From the NCBI GenBank assembly GCA_021810025.1, contig JAJZJS010000001.1, positions 154,790 to 218,789 on the forward strand: a DNA stretch of 64,000 bases. The letters run 5' to 3'. The stretch's first letter is position 1; each line of letters begins with the position of its first letter. Positions 61,662-64,000 of the stretch are shown here, piece after piece. The DNA comes from a bacterium. Its GTDB lineage: Bacteria > Patescibacteriota > Saccharimonadia > Saccharimonadales > UBA4665. The notes under the pieces were generated by a model. The model was not told the origin of the DNA. It ran no database searches and was given only the letters and a program-made list of their open reading frames with translations. Both the position numbers and the translations under genes were made by a program.

Positions 61662-63499
61662 TCATTTAGGTAATGAGCCCTAAGGGCATTAAAGATAACT
61701 ACAACGTCAACGACTTCTTGCAGAATAGCTCCATAAATTGGTAAGAAAAATCCAGTTGCAAAAATAAGCATTAATGCAAAACTAAGTCCAATTCCCCACA
61801 AAATACTTTGTCGGGCAATTTTAAAGGTATGCTTAGATATAGCTAAAATATCTGCCACCTTCGTTAAATCATCCTCTAGAATAACTATGTCGGCTGATTC
61901 GCTAGCAGCAGTTGATCCTTTGGCTCCAAGAGCTATACCTATATCTGCAGCCGTCAAAACCGGCGCATCGTTTACTCCATCTCCAACGAAAGCAATTGGT
62001 CTATCTTTAATTTTTTCAACTGTTAACAACTTATCACTTGGTAGTGCCTCAGCCACAACTTCATCTATTCCAAGCTTAGTCGCAACATTTTTAGCAACTT
62101 CTTTTCCGTCTCCTGTTATCATTAATGTTTTTAAGATTCCTAGCAAATGGATTCTTTGTAGTGTTTCTTTTGATTCTGATCGGATATTATCTTTGAGAGT
62201 TAAGTATCCTAAAAGTTGTTCGCTATCCGAAATAAATACTGTAGTGGATTTAAGTTTTCTAATATTTAATTTAGGGGGAAATTTTATGCCTTTTTCTTTC
62301 AAATAAGTAACTCTACCAACTATATAGTGGTGTCCTTTATATGATGCTTCAAGACCTTTCCCAGTTTCTTCTTTGACTGATTTAATTTTAAGTAGTTTAA
62401 GATTATGTTTTTTGGCATATTTAACAATTGCTGTTCCTATAAGATGCGAGGAAAACATTTCTAAACTTGAAATTAGAGTTACGATATCTTCTTGAGTATG
62501 CTTTGATTCGAAACTAACAATATTATCTACCGCTAATTCGCCAGATGTTAGTGTTCCTGTTTTATCAAAAGCAATTGTTTGAGTTTCTGCCAGTTTTTCA
62601 AGAGAAGAACCATTTTTAACAATGATTCCTCGCTTGCTAGCTAAACTCATTCCTGACACTAATGCAATCGGAGCTGCCAATAGTAAGGGGCAGGGGGTAG
62701 CTACGATAATGACCTCCAGGAATCTAATGGCCTGACCAGATATATACCAAACGGTTCCAGCGATTATAAAAGAAATTAGGGTAAAAGGTATACTATATCG
62801 ATCAGCAAGTCTAACAAAGGGCGAGTTAGAAGCGGCGGCTGATTCCACTAGCTTAATAATCTGTTGGTATTGGCTATCTTTGGCGCTAGCGGTTGCTTCT
62901 ACCGTAACAGACCCTTCAATATTAATTGATCCACTAAGAATCTTGTCACCGACATGCTTAATCACCGGTAGGCTTTCTCCCGTTAAAGAAGCTTCATTAA
63001 AGCTTGACTCTCCTTCAATAATTTTTCCATCGACTGGAACTAATTCACCGGGCTTTACTATAAACCTATCTTTAAGCTTGACCTCTGCGACGTTAACATC
63101 TAATAGTTTTTTGTTTTTAAGTAAATGGGCTTTCTTGGGCGAGTTTTTAATTAGGCTATCTAATTCTCTTTTGGCTTTTTTATCGGCATATTTATCAAGG
63201 GCTTCTCCGCCTGTTAGCATGATTACCACGACTATTGCAGCATAGTATTGTTTCAAAAGAACAGCCGATATAATAGCTGTTAAAGCCAAGATATCTATGC
63301 CATAGCGACCAGAACGAATATCATCATACATATCTAACAGTAAAGGAATTGCCTCAAGAATAGCGATTCCCCCTAATACGATATCTGAAGCTAATTGAAG
63401 CTTTAAAATCCAAAGAACGAAGCCTATTAATAATCCTAGAATGGCTATTGAAAATAGTCTCCAGTTGTAAATAAATCTAAATATTTTCTTTAATTTCAT
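61658..63499 (-). CDS. P1B-type (heavy-metal) P-type ATPase with a TPCP transmembrane motif and no N-terminal metal-binding domain
   Basis: TGES (LTGESLP), VATPCPLLLAAP, FDKTGTLT, MITGD and GDGVNDAP. I moved the start to ATG 63499 (MKLKKIF...) because the longer track ORF reads through tRNA-His. Confidence 0.9.
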   Translation of the reverse strand: MKLKKIFRFIYNWRLFSIAILGLLIGFVLWILKLQLASDIVLGGIAILEAIPLLLDMYDDIRSGRYGIDILALTAIISAVLLKQYYAAIVVVIMLTGGEALDKYADKKAKRELDSLIKNSPKKAHLLKNKKLLDVNVAEVKLKDRFIVKPGELVPVDGKIIEGESSFNEASLTGESLPVIKHVGDKILSGSINIEGSVTVEATASAKDSQYQQIIKLVESAAASNSPFVRLADRYSIPFTLISFIIAGTVWYISGQAIRFLEVIIVATPCPLLLAAPIALVSGMSLASKRGIIVKNGSSLEKLAETQTIAFDKTGTLTSGELAVDNIVSFESKHTQEDIVTLISSLEMFSSHLIGTAIVKYAKKHNLKLLKIKSVKEETGKGLEASYKGHHYIVGRVTYLKEKGIKFPPKLNIRKLKSTTVFISDSEQLLGYLTLKDNIRSESKETLQRIHLLGILKTLMITGDGKEVAKNVATKLGIDEVVAEALPSDKLLTVEKIKDRPIAFVGDGVNDAPVLTAADIGIALGAKGSTAASESADIVILEDDLTKVADILAISKHTFKIARQSILWGIGLSFALMLIFATGFFLPIYGAILQEVVDVVVIFNALRAHYLND

Positions 63500-63511
63500 A
63501 ATTTTAACTAA

Positions 63512-63589
63512 TGGGGCGAAAGATGGGACTTGAACCCACGGCCTCCGGAGCCACAATCCAGCGCTCTAACCAACTGAGCTACTTCCGCC
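63512..63589 (-). tRNA. tRNA-His (GTG) with encoded G-1
   Basis: The reverse complement is G-GCGGAAGTAGCTCAGTTGGTTAGAGCGCTGGATTGTGGCTCCGGAGGCCGTGGGTTCAAGTCCCATCTTTCGCCCCA. The anticodon loop is TTGTGGC, an extra 5' G lies opposite C73, and CCA is encoded. Confidence 0.9.
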
Positions 63590-63650
63590 AGGTCATATGA
63601 TCTAACAGAGGTGATTATATCTTAAATTAAACGTTTTAACAAATATAAAT

Positions 63651-64000
63651 TTAATTATTTTGAATTGTTCGACCGTAAGATACATTAGCTAGATCAATAA
63701 ACGTTTCCTTTTCTTTAATTATAACCTGAGGTGGAATTTGAGCCGTATTAGTTGATAAGCCGTCGACTTTCTTGATAGCTGTTCCAATTGACAAGAATTC
63801 AATCATTCCCGATCCAAGATCATAAATATAATTTTTAATTCCAAGAACATCGTCGGCACCAATTTCTTCAGCTTGAGCTTTAAGTTTTTGAATAGATTCT
63901 TCGCGGGCTCCATAAATAAGATCAGTTAGACTATTAATCTCTCCTTTCACTAAATTAGCAAAAGCAGATTTAATTCCTCCCACAAATCCTAAGGCGTAAA
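63651..64000 (-). CDS. YbjQ/UPF0145 (putative heavy-metal-binding) domain protein; the 5' end lies outside the window
   Basis: ...GGIKSAFANLVKGEINSLTDLIYGAREESIQKLKAQAEEIGADDVLGIKNYIYDLGSGMIEFLSIGTAIKK fits the UPF0145 pattern (GGe...y...l...R..A...m...A..lGAdaV.g......g...e....GTAv). The frame stays open to position 64000. Confidence 0.6.
   Translation of the reverse strand, partial: YALGFVGGIKSAFANLVKGEINSLTDLIYGAREESIQKLKAQAEEIGADDVLGIKNYIYDLGSGMIEFLSIGTAIKKVDGLSTNTAQIPPQVIIKEKETFIDLANVSYGRTIQNN

Noticed and set aside
1462-63245. Many track ORFs lie antisense or out of frame inside well-supported genes. Examples are 1462-1659, 3453-3744, 9322-9513, 12168-12437, 16782-16970, 21243-21464, 22132-22620, 23396-23693, 24626-24823, 27678-29087, 34892-35520, 37228-37543, 40605-40850, 43752-44135, 46446-46682, 49529-49834, 51369-51629, 53761-53967, 54462-54662, 58076-59067, 60469-60672, 61887-62306 and 62880-63245.
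   Set aside because: These are shadow ORFs. Each is fully or largely embedded in a gene with strong family motifs on the other strand or frame, and their translations are low-complexity (S/L/I-rich) with no motifs.
1-64000. CRISPR arrays, rRNA genes, reverse transcriptases or retrons, transposase/IS elements, and recoded stop codons (UGA=Gly, as in some CPR lineages).
   Set aside because: I found no regularly spaced repeats, rRNA signatures, RT or DDE motifs while reading. All recognised genes terminate at normal lengths with standard stops, including TGA, so code 11 fits.

Overview
The window reads as a chromosomal segment of a low-GC, gene-dense, reduced bacterial genome. ORFs close properly under the standard code. 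My inference is a CPR/Patescibacteria organism, most like Saccharibacteria, based on many N/S/T-rich membrane-anchored orphan proteins, a secretin-less type IV pilus system and shortened housekeeping genes.

Housekeeping content:
- Mur-ligase gene, tsaC, an ABC-2 exporter pair, dus and an ftsB-like gene.
- tilS-ftsH-murJ-lepA-gmk.
- Two CIRCE-controlled units, hrcA-grpE and dnaK-dnaJ.
- yebC-ruvC-ruvA-(aldo/keto reductase)-ruvB.
- recA-recX, tsaE-tsaB, rny-ymdB.
- A PCP-type P1B ATPase.
- Seven tRNA genes, including all three CAT-anticodon species.

Two pilus loci are present. One is a pseudopilin operon with two giant adhesin-like subunits (14.6-18.6 kb). The other is a pilB-pilC-pilA-pilM-pilN-pilO machinery operon (47.6-54.1 kb, minus strand).

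Three accessory patches stand out:
1. A decayed integration scar downstream of tRNA-fMet, consisting of a duplicated tRNA 3' fragment and a frameshifted, active-site-degenerate Fic gene.
2. An island of roughly 7 kb (about 19.4-26.15 kb) ending in a large serine recombinase. The recombinase ORF stops inside the anticodon of an antisense tRNA-Met that looks chimeric. The island also carries decayed MazF and zeta toxin genes flanked by 28-bp direct repeats, an orphan FtsK-gamma membrane protein and a small-terminase-like protein, but no structural phage or conjugation genes.
3. A toxin-antitoxin, Nudix and nucleotidyltransferase patch (40.8-43.9 kb) bracketed by approximately 91-nt direct repeats.

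I saw no rRNA genes, CRISPR array or reverse transcriptase. All family assignments rest on motif recognition by eye and need HMM or BLAST confirmation.
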